Source of the DNA: Azolla caroliniana
Taxonomy: Eukaryota; Plantae; Polypodiophyta
Length of the DNA: 36,920 nt
Reading direction: 5' to 3'
NCBI GenBank assembly: GCA_043228905.1
Contig: JBHGNT010000304.1
Span: forward strand, 1-36,920
Shown: piece by piece, positions 1 through 7,854 of the stretch
Layout of the letters: each line of letters opens with the position of its first letter
How positions within the stretch are numbered: position 1 is the stretch's first letter
Position numbers and translations under genes: made by a program
The notes under the pieces: generated by a model
Databases searched by the model: none
What the model saw: only the letters and a program-made list of their open reading frames with translations
Told to the model about the DNA's origin: nothing

Positions 1-365
1 CTTTCGGAGCGCTCTTGTAGCTCTCGGATCTGCTTGTCGATGAAATCACCGCACTCTCGCCTCAGTTCCTCGTCACGTGGCTCATCGCGACCACGGCTAC
101 GACGTTCCCTTTCCTCTTCGGAGTCTCTCTTGTTGTCTCTGTAGCGGCGCCCCTCCTCAAGGAACCCCTCACGACGTCGCTCGCGCCTCTCGTCATCGCA
201 CTCCCCCTCTCGGCGTCGATCGCGCCTCTCCTCGTCAATGTCTCCCTCACGACGTCGATCGCGTCGCTCCTCTTCACGGTCCCGCCCTACAGACCTAGCA
301 TTGGCCGCGGTACACGCGGCGAGCATGATCACGGCCATGAGGAATACGGAAGTAAGCTTTGCCAT
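1..365 (-). CDS. 2S albumin-like Arg/Glu-rich storage protein precursor, 5' part (3' end outside window)
   Basis: ATG at 363-365 (minus strand). Sequence matches the 5' part (1656-2020) of the first complete copy and is truncated by the window edge. Confidence 0.85.
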   Translation of the reverse strand, partial: MAKLTSVFLMAVIMLAACTAANARSVGRDREEERRDRRREGDIDEERRDRRREGECDDERRERRREGFLEEGRRYRDNKRDSEEERERRSRGRDEPRDEELRRECGDFIDKQIRELQERSE

Positions 366-431
366 TGCGATTGTCCTTATGATCCCGGTGCTTGTCTCCT
401 AATGGATTGTATTGACATTGCTCCCTCCACC

Positions 432-442
432 TTTAATATATA
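432..442 (-). promoter_or_regulatory. TATA box (TATATATTAAA on minus strand); recurs every 1,655 bp
   Basis: AT-only run 67-77 bp upstream of the ATG at 365, in otherwise mixed or GC-rich sequence. Position fits a short 5' UTR. Confidence 0.75.
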
Positions 443-444
443 CA

Positions 445-474
445 CATGGCCATGCAATCAGAGCACATGCATGT
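445..474. promoter_or_regulatory. RY/Sph elements (CATGCA 451-456; CATGCATG 466-473) in a legumin-box-like context; recurs every 1,655 bp
   Basis: Perfect RY octamer inside the palindrome ACATGCATGT, plus CATGGCCATGCAA, directly upstream of the TATA box. RY is the established binding site of B3-domain ABI3/VP1, FUS3 and LEC2 factors in storage-protein promoters. Confidence 0.75.
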
Positions 475-496
475 CACTCACCACTCCCATTACCAT

Positions 497-563
497 AACG
501 TGTGTGTCCTGCGTACAACTCTTGCCCAAGACCCATACCAACTAGTCCACCCTCCCACACGTC
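497..563. promoter_or_regulatory. ACGT-core (ABRE-like) elements AACGTGT (497-503) and CACACGTC (556-563); recur every 1,655 bp
   Basis: bZIP-type ACGT cores about 130-200 bp upstream of the ATG and next to the RY elements. The motifs are short, so chance matches are possible. Confidence 0.45.
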
Positions 564-718
564 TAGGCTAGTCCTAGGTGTCGTATTGTCACCAGACAAT
601 CTGGGCGCAACCTGTAGCGGGTACTCCTCCTCCTCGCGCGAGAGCTTGTCGAGCAACATAACATTTATACATACATAGGTAAATGTGCGCACTCGCGCGT
701 GCGCGTAGGGGTGTGCGG

Positions 719-726
719 GCACGTGC
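719..726. promoter_or_regulatory. G-box GCACGTGC; recurs every 1,655 bp
   Basis: Perfect palindromic CACGTG (720-725) about 355 bp upstream of the ATG. Confidence 0.4.
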
Positions 727-1073
727 ACATTAAACTAGAACGCGCTAGTGCCGAGACACTAAGCACGCGGAGGCTACTGCGGGACGAGTGGTGGCTCCCG
801 AGTGTGCTACATCGATGAACGTAGATAGACCGGTGTCCGTACTCGCTCGTTCGGACGGACGAGGGGTTGGTAACGACGACGACAAGGAAAGCTAACCGGA
901 CTACCACACTAGGAGTGTCCTATCGGGCAAGTGTGGAAGCAAGTTCACATTCGCCGCGTGTACAAGTTGACCTTAGCCTTAGCCGTTGCCGTGGCGTGTG
1001 CGGTATGGGTGTCCTGCTTTGATGTTTTTTTTTCCGTTTGGGTGGTTTGCGGTCCCTATAGGCAAATTCTATG

Positions 1074-1135
1074 CGTTGGTGCTCGTGTTTACGTTCGTGT
1101 TGGAGGGACGTTGGTGCTCGTGTTTACGTTCGTGT
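1074..1135. repeat. Exact 27-bp direct repeat (CGTTGGTGCTCGTGTTTACGTTCGTGT x2, 35-bp period) in the 3' flank; present in every unit
   Basis: Copies at 1074-1100 and 1109-1135, separated by TGGAGGGA. Confidence 0.95.
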
Positions 1136-1222
1136 GGGTGTAATGCGCGATTGGGGAGACGCACTTGTTCGTAAACACTTACGAGAAATTAGAGAGAGAC
1201 CACGAGAATAATTTGAACAAGG

Positions 1223-1228
1223 TTTATG
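1223..1228 (-). terminator. Possible polyadenylation near-upstream element (CATAAA) just after the stop codon
   Basis: One mismatch from AATAAA, followed on the minus strand by U/C-rich sequence. Plant poly(A) signals are degenerate, so this is weak. Confidence 0.25.
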
Positions 1229-1234
1229 TACTAT

Positions 1235-2020
1235 TTAGAAGCGACGAATACAAGCACGAGGGCGAAGATCGCACTGTTGGAGTAGGCGGGAGGCGGCGAC
1301 GCCTAGAGCTCTTTCCTCGTCATCGGCCTTGAATTGGCGACGTTGTTGACGTTCGTCCTCTTGTCGTCGAGACATGCGGTGGCGGCGTTCGTCACCCTCT
1401 CGTCGCTCACGGCTGCTATCTCTCTCGCGCTCCTCGTCCTCTTCCTCCCAGCTACGGTGTTCCCTTGATTGTTGGCCATGGCGTCGGCCTTCATCATTGC
1501 GTCGTTCCTCCTCGTCAGCATACAAGGCATCACGTAGGCGATCGCATCGATCTTCGGCGGGGATTCGTTCGACGTTCCTGCAGCACCGTTCCGAGGGTCT
1601 TGAGTATCGAGTGTTTTCGATCCATGGGGAGCGACGTCCTTGTTCACCTTCCTCTCTTTCGGAGCGCTCTTGTAGCTCTCGGATCTGCTTGTCGATGAAA
1701 TCACCGCACTCTCGCCTCAGTTCCTCGTCACGTGGCTCATCGCGACCACGGCTACGACGTTCCCTTTCCTCTTCGGAGTCTCTCTTGTTGTCTCTGTAGC
1801 GGCGCCCCTCCTCAAGGAACCCCTCACGACGTCGCTCGCGCCTCTCGTCATCGCACTCCCCCTCTCGGCGTCGATCGCGCCTCTCCTCGTCAATGTCTCC
1901 CTCACGACGTCGATCGCGTCGCTCCTCTTCACGGTCCCGCCCTACAGACCTAGCATTGGCCGCGGTACACGCGGCGAGCATGATCACGGCCATGAGGAAT
2001 ACGGAAGTAAGCTTTGCCAT
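1235..2020 (-). CDS. 2S albumin-like (prolamin superfamily) Arg/Glu-rich seed/spore storage protein precursor, 261 aa, copy 1
   Basis: Longest ORF in the unit, with plant-like start context caATGGC. Hydrophobic signal peptide MAKLTSVFLMAVIMLAACTAANA ends in an A-x-A site. Cys skeleton C105, C146-C147 (PSERCC), D157-R-C159, C250 (LLQQC), C257. About 26% Arg and 19% Glu by hand count. TATA and RY elements lie directly upstream. Family call comes from motif recognition, not a database search. Confidence 0.85.
   Translation of the reverse strand: MAKLTSVFLMAVIMLAACTAANARSVGRDREEERRDRRREGDIDEERRDRRREGECDDERRERRREGFLEEGRRYRDNKRDSEEERERRSRGRDEPRDEELRRECGDFIDKQIRELQERSEREEGEQGRRSPWIENTRYSRPSERCCRNVERIPAEDRCDRLRDALYADEEERRNDEGRRHGQQSREHRSWEEEDEERERDSSRERREGDERRHRMSRRQEDERQQRRQFKADDEERALGVAASRLLQQCDLRPRACIRRF
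1820..1936 (-). repeat. Intragenic 39-bp (13-aa) tandem repeat x3: DREEERRDRRREG / DIDEERRDRRREG / ECDDERRERRREG; present in every copy
   Basis: Visible in the translation (residues 29-67) and in the DNA (ccctcacgacgtcg recurs). Two more degenerate units may follow (residues 68-93). Confidence 0.85.
1952..2020 (-). other. Signal-peptide coding segment (residues 1-23); present in every copy
   Basis: Basic n-region (K3), hydrophobic core VFLMAVIMLAA, then A-N-A before RSVGR, then an abrupt switch to charged sequence. Confidence 0.85.
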
Positions 2021-2889
2021 TGCGATTGTCCTTATGATCCCGGTGCTTGTCTCCTAATGGATTGTATTGACATTGCTCCCTCCACCTTTAATATATACAC
2101 ATGGCCATGCAATCAGAGCACATGCATGTCACTCACCACTCCCATTACCATAACGTGTGTGTCCTGCGTACAACTCTTGCCCAAGACCCATACCAACTAG
2201 TCCACCCTCCCACACGTCTAGGCTAGTCCTAGGTGTCGTATTGTCACCAGACAATCTGGGCGCAACCTGTAGCGGGTACTCCTCCTCCTCGCGCGAGAGC
2301 TTGTCGAGCAACATAACATTTATACATACATAGGTAAATGTGCGCACTCGCGCGTGCGCGTAGGGGTGTGCGGGCACGTGCACATTAAACTAGAACGCGC
2401 TAGTGCCGAGACACTAAGCACGCGGAGGCTACTGCGGGACGAGTGGTGGCTCCCGAGTGTGCTACATCGATGAACGTAGATAGACCGGTGTCCGTACTCG
2501 CTCGTTCGGACGGACGAGGGGTTGGTAACGACGACGACAAGGAAAGCTAACCGGACTACCACACTAGGAGTGTCCTATCGGGCAAGTGTGGAAGCAAGTT
2601 CACATTCGCCGCGTGTACAAGTTGACCTTAGCCTTAGCCGTTGCCGTGGCGTGTGCGGTATGGGTGTCCTGCTTTGATGTTTTTTTTTCCGTTTGGGTGG
2701 TTTGCGGTCCCTATAGGCAAATTCTATGCGTTGGTGCTCGTGTTTACGTTCGTGTTGGAGGGACGTTGGTGCTCGTGTTTACGTTCGTGTGGGTGTAATG
2801 CGCGATTGGGGAGACGCACTTGTTCGTAAACACTTACGAGAAATTAGAGAGAGACCACGAGAATAATTTGAACAAGGTTTATGTACTAT

Positions 2890-3675
2890 TTAGAAGCGAC
2901 GAATACAAGCACGAGGGCGAAGATCGCACTGTTGGAGTAGGCGGGAGGCGGCGACGCCTAGAGCTCTTTCCTCGTCATCGGCCTTGAATTGGCGACGTTG
3001 TTGACGTTCGTCCTCTTGTCGTCGAGACATGCGGTGGCGGCGTTCGTCACCCTCTCGTCGCTCACGGCTGCTATCTCTCTCGCGCTCCTCGTCCTCTTCC
3101 TCCCAGCTACGGTGTTCCCTTGATTGTTGGCCATGGCGTCGGCCTTCATCATTGCGTCGTTCCTCCTCGTCAGCATACAAGGCATCACGTAGGCGATCGC
3201 ATCGATCTTCGGCGGGGATTCGTTCGACGTTCCTGCAGCACCGTTCCGAGGGTCTTGAGTATCGAGTGTTTTCGATCCATGGGGAGCGACGTCCTTGTTC
3301 ACCTTCCTCTCTTTCGGAGCGCTCTTGTAGCTCTCGGATCTGCTTGTCGATGAAATCACCGCACTCTCGCCTCAGTTCCTCGTCACGTGGCTCATCGCGA
3401 CCACGGCTACGACGTTCCCTTTCCTCTTCGGAGTCTCTCTTGTTGTCTCTGTAGCGGCGCCCCTCCTCAAGGAACCCCTCACGACGTCGCTCGCGCCTCT
3501 CGTCATCGCACTCCCCCTCTCGGCGTCGATCGCGCCTCTCCTCGTCAATGTCTCCCTCACGACGTCGATCGCGTCGCTCCTCTTCACGGTCCCGCCCTAC
3601 AGACCTAGCATTGGCCGCGGTACACGCGGCGAGCATGATCACGGCCATGAGGAATACGGAAGTAAGCTTTGCCAT
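2890..3675 (-). CDS. 2S albumin-like storage protein precursor, copy 2
   Basis: Translation identical to copy 1. Confidence 0.85.
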   Translation of the reverse strand: MAKLTSVFLMAVIMLAACTAANARSVGRDREEERRDRRREGDIDEERRDRRREGECDDERRERRREGFLEEGRRYRDNKRDSEEERERRSRGRDEPRDEELRRECGDFIDKQIRELQERSEREEGEQGRRSPWIENTRYSRPSERCCRNVERIPAEDRCDRLRDALYADEEERRNDEGRRHGQQSREHRSWEEEDEERERDSSRERREGDERRHRMSRRQEDERQQRRQFKADDEERALGVAASRLLQQCDLRPRACIRRF

Positions 3676-4544
3676 TGCGATTGTCCTTATGATCCCGGTG
3701 CTTGTCTCCTAATGGATTGTATTGACATTGCTCCCTCCACCTTTAATATATACACATGGCCATGCAATCAGAGCACATGCATGTCACTCACCACTCCCAT
3801 TACCATAACGTGTGTGTCCTGCGTACAACTCTTGCCCAAGACCCATACCAACTAGTCCACCCTCCCACACGTCTAGGCTAGTCCTAGGTGTCGTATTGTC
3901 ACCAGACAATCTGGGCGCAACCTGTAGCGGGTACTCCTCCTCCTCGCGCGAGAGCTTGTCGAGCAACATAACATTTATACATACATAGGTAAATGTGCGC
4001 ACTCGCGCGTGCGCGTAGGGGTGTGCGGGCACGTGCACATTAAACTAGAACGCGCTAGTGCCGAGACACTAAGCACGCGGAGGCTACTGCGGGACGAGTG
4101 GTGGCTCCCGAGTGTGCTACATCGATGAACGTAGATAGACCGGTGTCCGTACTCGCTCGTTCGGACGGACGAGGGGTTGGTAACGACGACGACAAGGAAA
4201 GCTAACCGGACTACCACACTAGGAGTGTCCTATCGGGCAAGTGTGGAAGCAAGTTCACATTCGCCGCGTGTACAAGTTGACCTTAGCCTTAGCCGTTGCC
4301 GTGGCGTGTGCGGTATGGGTGTCCTGCTTTGATGTTTTTTTTTCCGTTTGGGTGGTTTGCGGTCCCTATAGGCAAATTCTATGCGTTGGTGCTCGTGTTT
4401 ACGTTCGTGTTGGAGGGACGTTGGTGCTCGTGTTTACGTTCGTGTGGGTGTAATGCGCGATTGGGGAGACGCACTTGTTCGTAAACACTTACGAGAAATT
4501 AGAGAGAGACCACGAGAATAATTTGAACAAGGTTTATGTACTAT

Positions 4545-5330
4545 TTAGAAGCGACGAATACAAGCACGAGGGCGAAGATCGCACTGTTGGAGTAGGCGGG
4601 AGGCGGCGACGCCTAGAGCTCTTTCCTCGTCATCGGCCTTGAATTGGCGACGTTGTTGACGTTCGTCCTCTTGTCGTCGAGACATGCGGTGGCGGCGTTC
4701 GTCACCCTCTCGTCGCTCACGGCTGCTATCTCTCTCGCGCTCCTCGTCCTCTTCCTCCCAGCTACGGTGTTCCCTTGATTGTTGGCCATGGCGTCGGCCT
4801 TCATCATTGCGTCGTTCCTCCTCGTCAGCATACAAGGCATCACGTAGGCGATCGCATCGATCTTCGGCGGGGATTCGTTCGACGTTCCTGCAGCACCGTT
4901 CCGAGGGTCTTGAGTATCGAGTGTTTTCGATCCATGGGGAGCGACGTCCTTGTTCACCTTCCTCTCTTTCGGAGCGCTCTTGTAGCTCTCGGATCTGCTT
5001 GTCGATGAAATCACCGCACTCTCGCCTCAGTTCCTCGTCACGTGGCTCATCGCGACCACGGCTACGACGTTCCCTTTCCTCTTCGGAGTCTCTCTTGTTG
5101 TCTCTGTAGCGGCGCCCCTCCTCAAGGAACCCCTCACGACGTCGCTCGCGCCTCTCGTCATCGCACTCCCCCTCTCGGCGTCGATCGCGCCTCTCCTCGT
5201 CAATGTCTCCCTCACGACGTCGATCGCGTCGCTCCTCTTCACGGTCCCGCCCTACAGACCTAGCATTGGCCGCGGTACACGCGGCGAGCATGATCACGGC
5301 CATGAGGAATACGGAAGTAAGCTTTGCCAT
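4545..5330 (-). CDS. 2S albumin-like storage protein precursor, copy 3
   Basis: Translation identical to copy 1. Confidence 0.85.
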   Translation of the reverse strand: MAKLTSVFLMAVIMLAACTAANARSVGRDREEERRDRRREGDIDEERRDRRREGECDDERRERRREGFLEEGRRYRDNKRDSEEERERRSRGRDEPRDEELRRECGDFIDKQIRELQERSEREEGEQGRRSPWIENTRYSRPSERCCRNVERIPAEDRCDRLRDALYADEEERRNDEGRRHGQQSREHRSWEEEDEERERDSSRERREGDERRHRMSRRQEDERQQRRQFKADDEERALGVAASRLLQQCDLRPRACIRRF

Positions 5331-6199
5331 TGCGATTGTCCTTATGATCCCGGTGCTTGTCTCCTAATGGATTGTATTGACATTGCTCCCTCCACCTTTA
5401 ATATATACACATGGCCATGCAATCAGAGCACATGCATGTCACTCACCACTCCCATTACCATAACGTGTGTGTCCTGCGTACAACTCTTGCCCAAGACCCA
5501 TACCAACTAGTCCACCCTCCCACACGTCTAGGCTAGTCCTAGGTGTCGTATTGTCACCAGACAATCTGGGCGCAACCTGTAGCGGGTACTCCTCCTCCTC
5601 GCGCGAGAGCTTGTCGAGCAACATAACATTTATACATACATAGGTAAATGTGCGCACTCGCGCGTGCGCGTAGGGGTGTGCGGGCACGTGCACATTAAAC
5701 TAGAACGCGCTAGTGCCGAGACACTAAGCACGCGGAGGCTACTGCGGGACGAGTGGTGGCTCCCGAGTGTGCTACATCGATGAACGTAGATAGACCGGTG
5801 TCCGTACTCGCTCGTTCGGACGGACGAGGGGTTGGTAACGACGACGACAAGGAAAGCTAACCGGACTACCACACTAGGAGTGTCCTATCGGGCAAGTGTG
5901 GAAGCAAGTTCACATTCGCCGCGTGTACAAGTTGACCTTAGCCTTAGCCGTTGCCGTGGCGTGTGCGGTATGGGTGTCCTGCTTTGATGTTTTTTTTTCC
6001 GTTTGGGTGGTTTGCGGTCCCTATAGGCAAATTCTATGCGTTGGTGCTCGTGTTTACGTTCGTGTTGGAGGGACGTTGGTGCTCGTGTTTACGTTCGTGT
6101 GGGTGTAATGCGCGATTGGGGAGACGCACTTGTTCGTAAACACTTACGAGAAATTAGAGAGAGACCACGAGAATAATTTGAACAAGGTTTATGTACTAT

Positions 6200-6985
6200 T
6201 TAGAAGCGACGAATACAAGCACGAGGGCGAAGATCGCACTGTTGGAGTAGGCGGGAGGCGGCGACGCCTAGAGCTCTTTCCTCGTCATCGGCCTTGAATT
6301 GGCGACGTTGTTGACGTTCGTCCTCTTGTCGTCGAGACATGCGGTGGCGGCGTTCGTCACCCTCTCGTCGCTCACGGCTGCTATCTCTCTCGCGCTCCTC
6401 GTCCTCTTCCTCCCAGCTACGGTGTTCCCTTGATTGTTGGCCATGGCGTCGGCCTTCATCATTGCGTCGTTCCTCCTCGTCAGCATACAAGGCATCACGT
6501 AGGCGATCGCATCGATCTTCGGCGGGGATTCGTTCGACGTTCCTGCAGCACCGTTCCGAGGGTCTTGAGTATCGAGTGTTTTCGATCCATGGGGAGCGAC
6601 GTCCTTGTTCACCTTCCTCTCTTTCGGAGCGCTCTTGTAGCTCTCGGATCTGCTTGTCGATGAAATCACCGCACTCTCGCCTCAGTTCCTCGTCACGTGG
6701 CTCATCGCGACCACGGCTACGACGTTCCCTTTCCTCTTCGGAGTCTCTCTTGTTGTCTCTGTAGCGGCGCCCCTCCTCAAGGAACCCCTCACGACGTCGC
6801 TCGCGCCTCTCGTCATCGCACTCCCCCTCTCGGCGTCGATCGCGCCTCTCCTCGTCAATGTCTCCCTCACGACGTCGATCGCGTCGCTCCTCTTCACGGT
6901 CCCGCCCTACAGACCTAGCATTGGCCGCGGTACACGCGGCGAGCATGATCACGGCCATGAGGAATACGGAAGTAAGCTTTGCCAT
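6200..6985 (-). CDS. 2S albumin-like storage protein precursor, copy 4
   Basis: Translation identical to copy 1. Confidence 0.85.
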   Translation of the reverse strand: MAKLTSVFLMAVIMLAACTAANARSVGRDREEERRDRRREGDIDEERRDRRREGECDDERRERRREGFLEEGRRYRDNKRDSEEERERRSRGRDEPRDEELRRECGDFIDKQIRELQERSEREEGEQGRRSPWIENTRYSRPSERCCRNVERIPAEDRCDRLRDALYADEEERRNDEGRRHGQQSREHRSWEEEDEERERDSSRERREGDERRHRMSRRQEDERQQRRQFKADDEERALGVAASRLLQQCDLRPRACIRRF

Positions 6986-7854
6986 TGCGATTGTCCTTAT
7001 GATCCCGGTGCTTGTCTCCTAATGGATTGTATTGACATTGCTCCCTCCACCTTTAATATATACACATGGCCATGCAATCAGAGCACATGCATGTCACTCA
7101 CCACTCCCATTACCATAACGTGTGTGTCCTGCGTACAACTCTTGCCCAAGACCCATACCAACTAGTCCACCCTCCCACACGTCTAGGCTAGTCCTAGGTG
7201 TCGTATTGTCACCAGACAATCTGGGCGCAACCTGTAGCGGGTACTCCTCCTCCTCGCGCGAGAGCTTGTCGAGCAACATAACATTTATACATACATAGGT
7301 AAATGTGCGCACTCGCGCGTGCGCGTAGGGGTGTGCGGGCACGTGCACATTAAACTAGAACGCGCTAGTGCCGAGACACTAAGCACGCGGAGGCTACTGC
7401 GGGACGAGTGGTGGCTCCCGAGTGTGCTACATCGATGAACGTAGATAGACCGGTGTCCGTACTCGCTCGTTCGGACGGACGAGGGGTTGGTAACGACGAC
7501 GACAAGGAAAGCTAACCGGACTACCACACTAGGAGTGTCCTATCGGGCAAGTGTGGAAGCAAGTTCACATTCGCCGCGTGTACAAGTTGACCTTAGCCTT
7601 AGCCGTTGCCGTGGCGTGTGCGGTATGGGTGTCCTGCTTTGATGTTTTTTTTTCCGTTTGGGTGGTTTGCGGTCCCTATAGGCAAATTCTATGCGTTGGT
7701 GCTCGTGTTTACGTTCGTGTTGGAGGGACGTTGGTGCTCGTGTTTACGTTCGTGTGGGTGTAATGCGCGATTGGGGAGACGCACTTGTTCGTAAACACTT
7801 ACGAGAAATTAGAGAGAGACCACGAGAATAATTTGAACAAGGTTTATGTACTAT

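Noticed and set aside
585-600. ATTGTC-ACCA-GACAAT inverted repeat
   Set aside because: A 6-bp stem is expected by chance in a unit of this size, and nothing else supports a function.
971-984. CCTTAGCCTTAGCC as a telomere-like repeat
   Set aside because: Only about two units, and it does not match plant TTTAGGG; likely chance.
1025-1033. A9 on the sense strand about 200 bp after the stop codon as a retrogene poly(A) remnant
   Set aside because: The run is short, there are no target-site duplications, the native promoter is present, and many 2S albumin genes lack introns anyway.
1074-1135. 27-bp repeat pair as a mini-CRISPR
   Set aside because: Only two repeats with an invariant 8-bp spacer, no cas genes, and a eukaryotic context.
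474-1174. Short spacer ORFs (84, 80, 70 and 62 aa), including hydrophobic plus-strand ones
   Set aside because: The starts are not ATG in the sequence (GTG at 931, TTG at 986, and GTG on the minus strand at 728 and 907). They overlap promoter or 3' flank, and the hydrophobicity comes from GT-rich sequence and the 27-bp duplication.
1-1655. Unit as rDNA, 5S, snRNA or histone repeat, or as non-coding satellite
   Set aside because: I recognised no rRNA, tRNA, snRNA or histone sequence. The unit holds an intact signal-peptide ORF with a Pol II-type promoter.
1374-1799. 141-aa Ser/Arg-rich plus-strand ORF, and the overlapping 133, 77, 73 and 71-aa ORFs in each unit
   Set aside because: These are antisense or alternate-frame shadows of the low-complexity Arg/Glu CDS, with no domain, promoter or independent support.
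1742-1951. PawS1/SFTI-type or vicilin-buried peptide in the N-terminal extension
   Set aside because: There is no Asn-Gly...Asp cyclisation signature and no paired CxxxC motifs; the region has only one Cys.
1235-2020. Protein as an SR/RE-rich splicing factor, trichohyalin-like protein or protamine
   Set aside because: The similarity is only compositional. The signal peptide, albumin-type Cys spacing and RY promoter point to a secretory-pathway storage protein.
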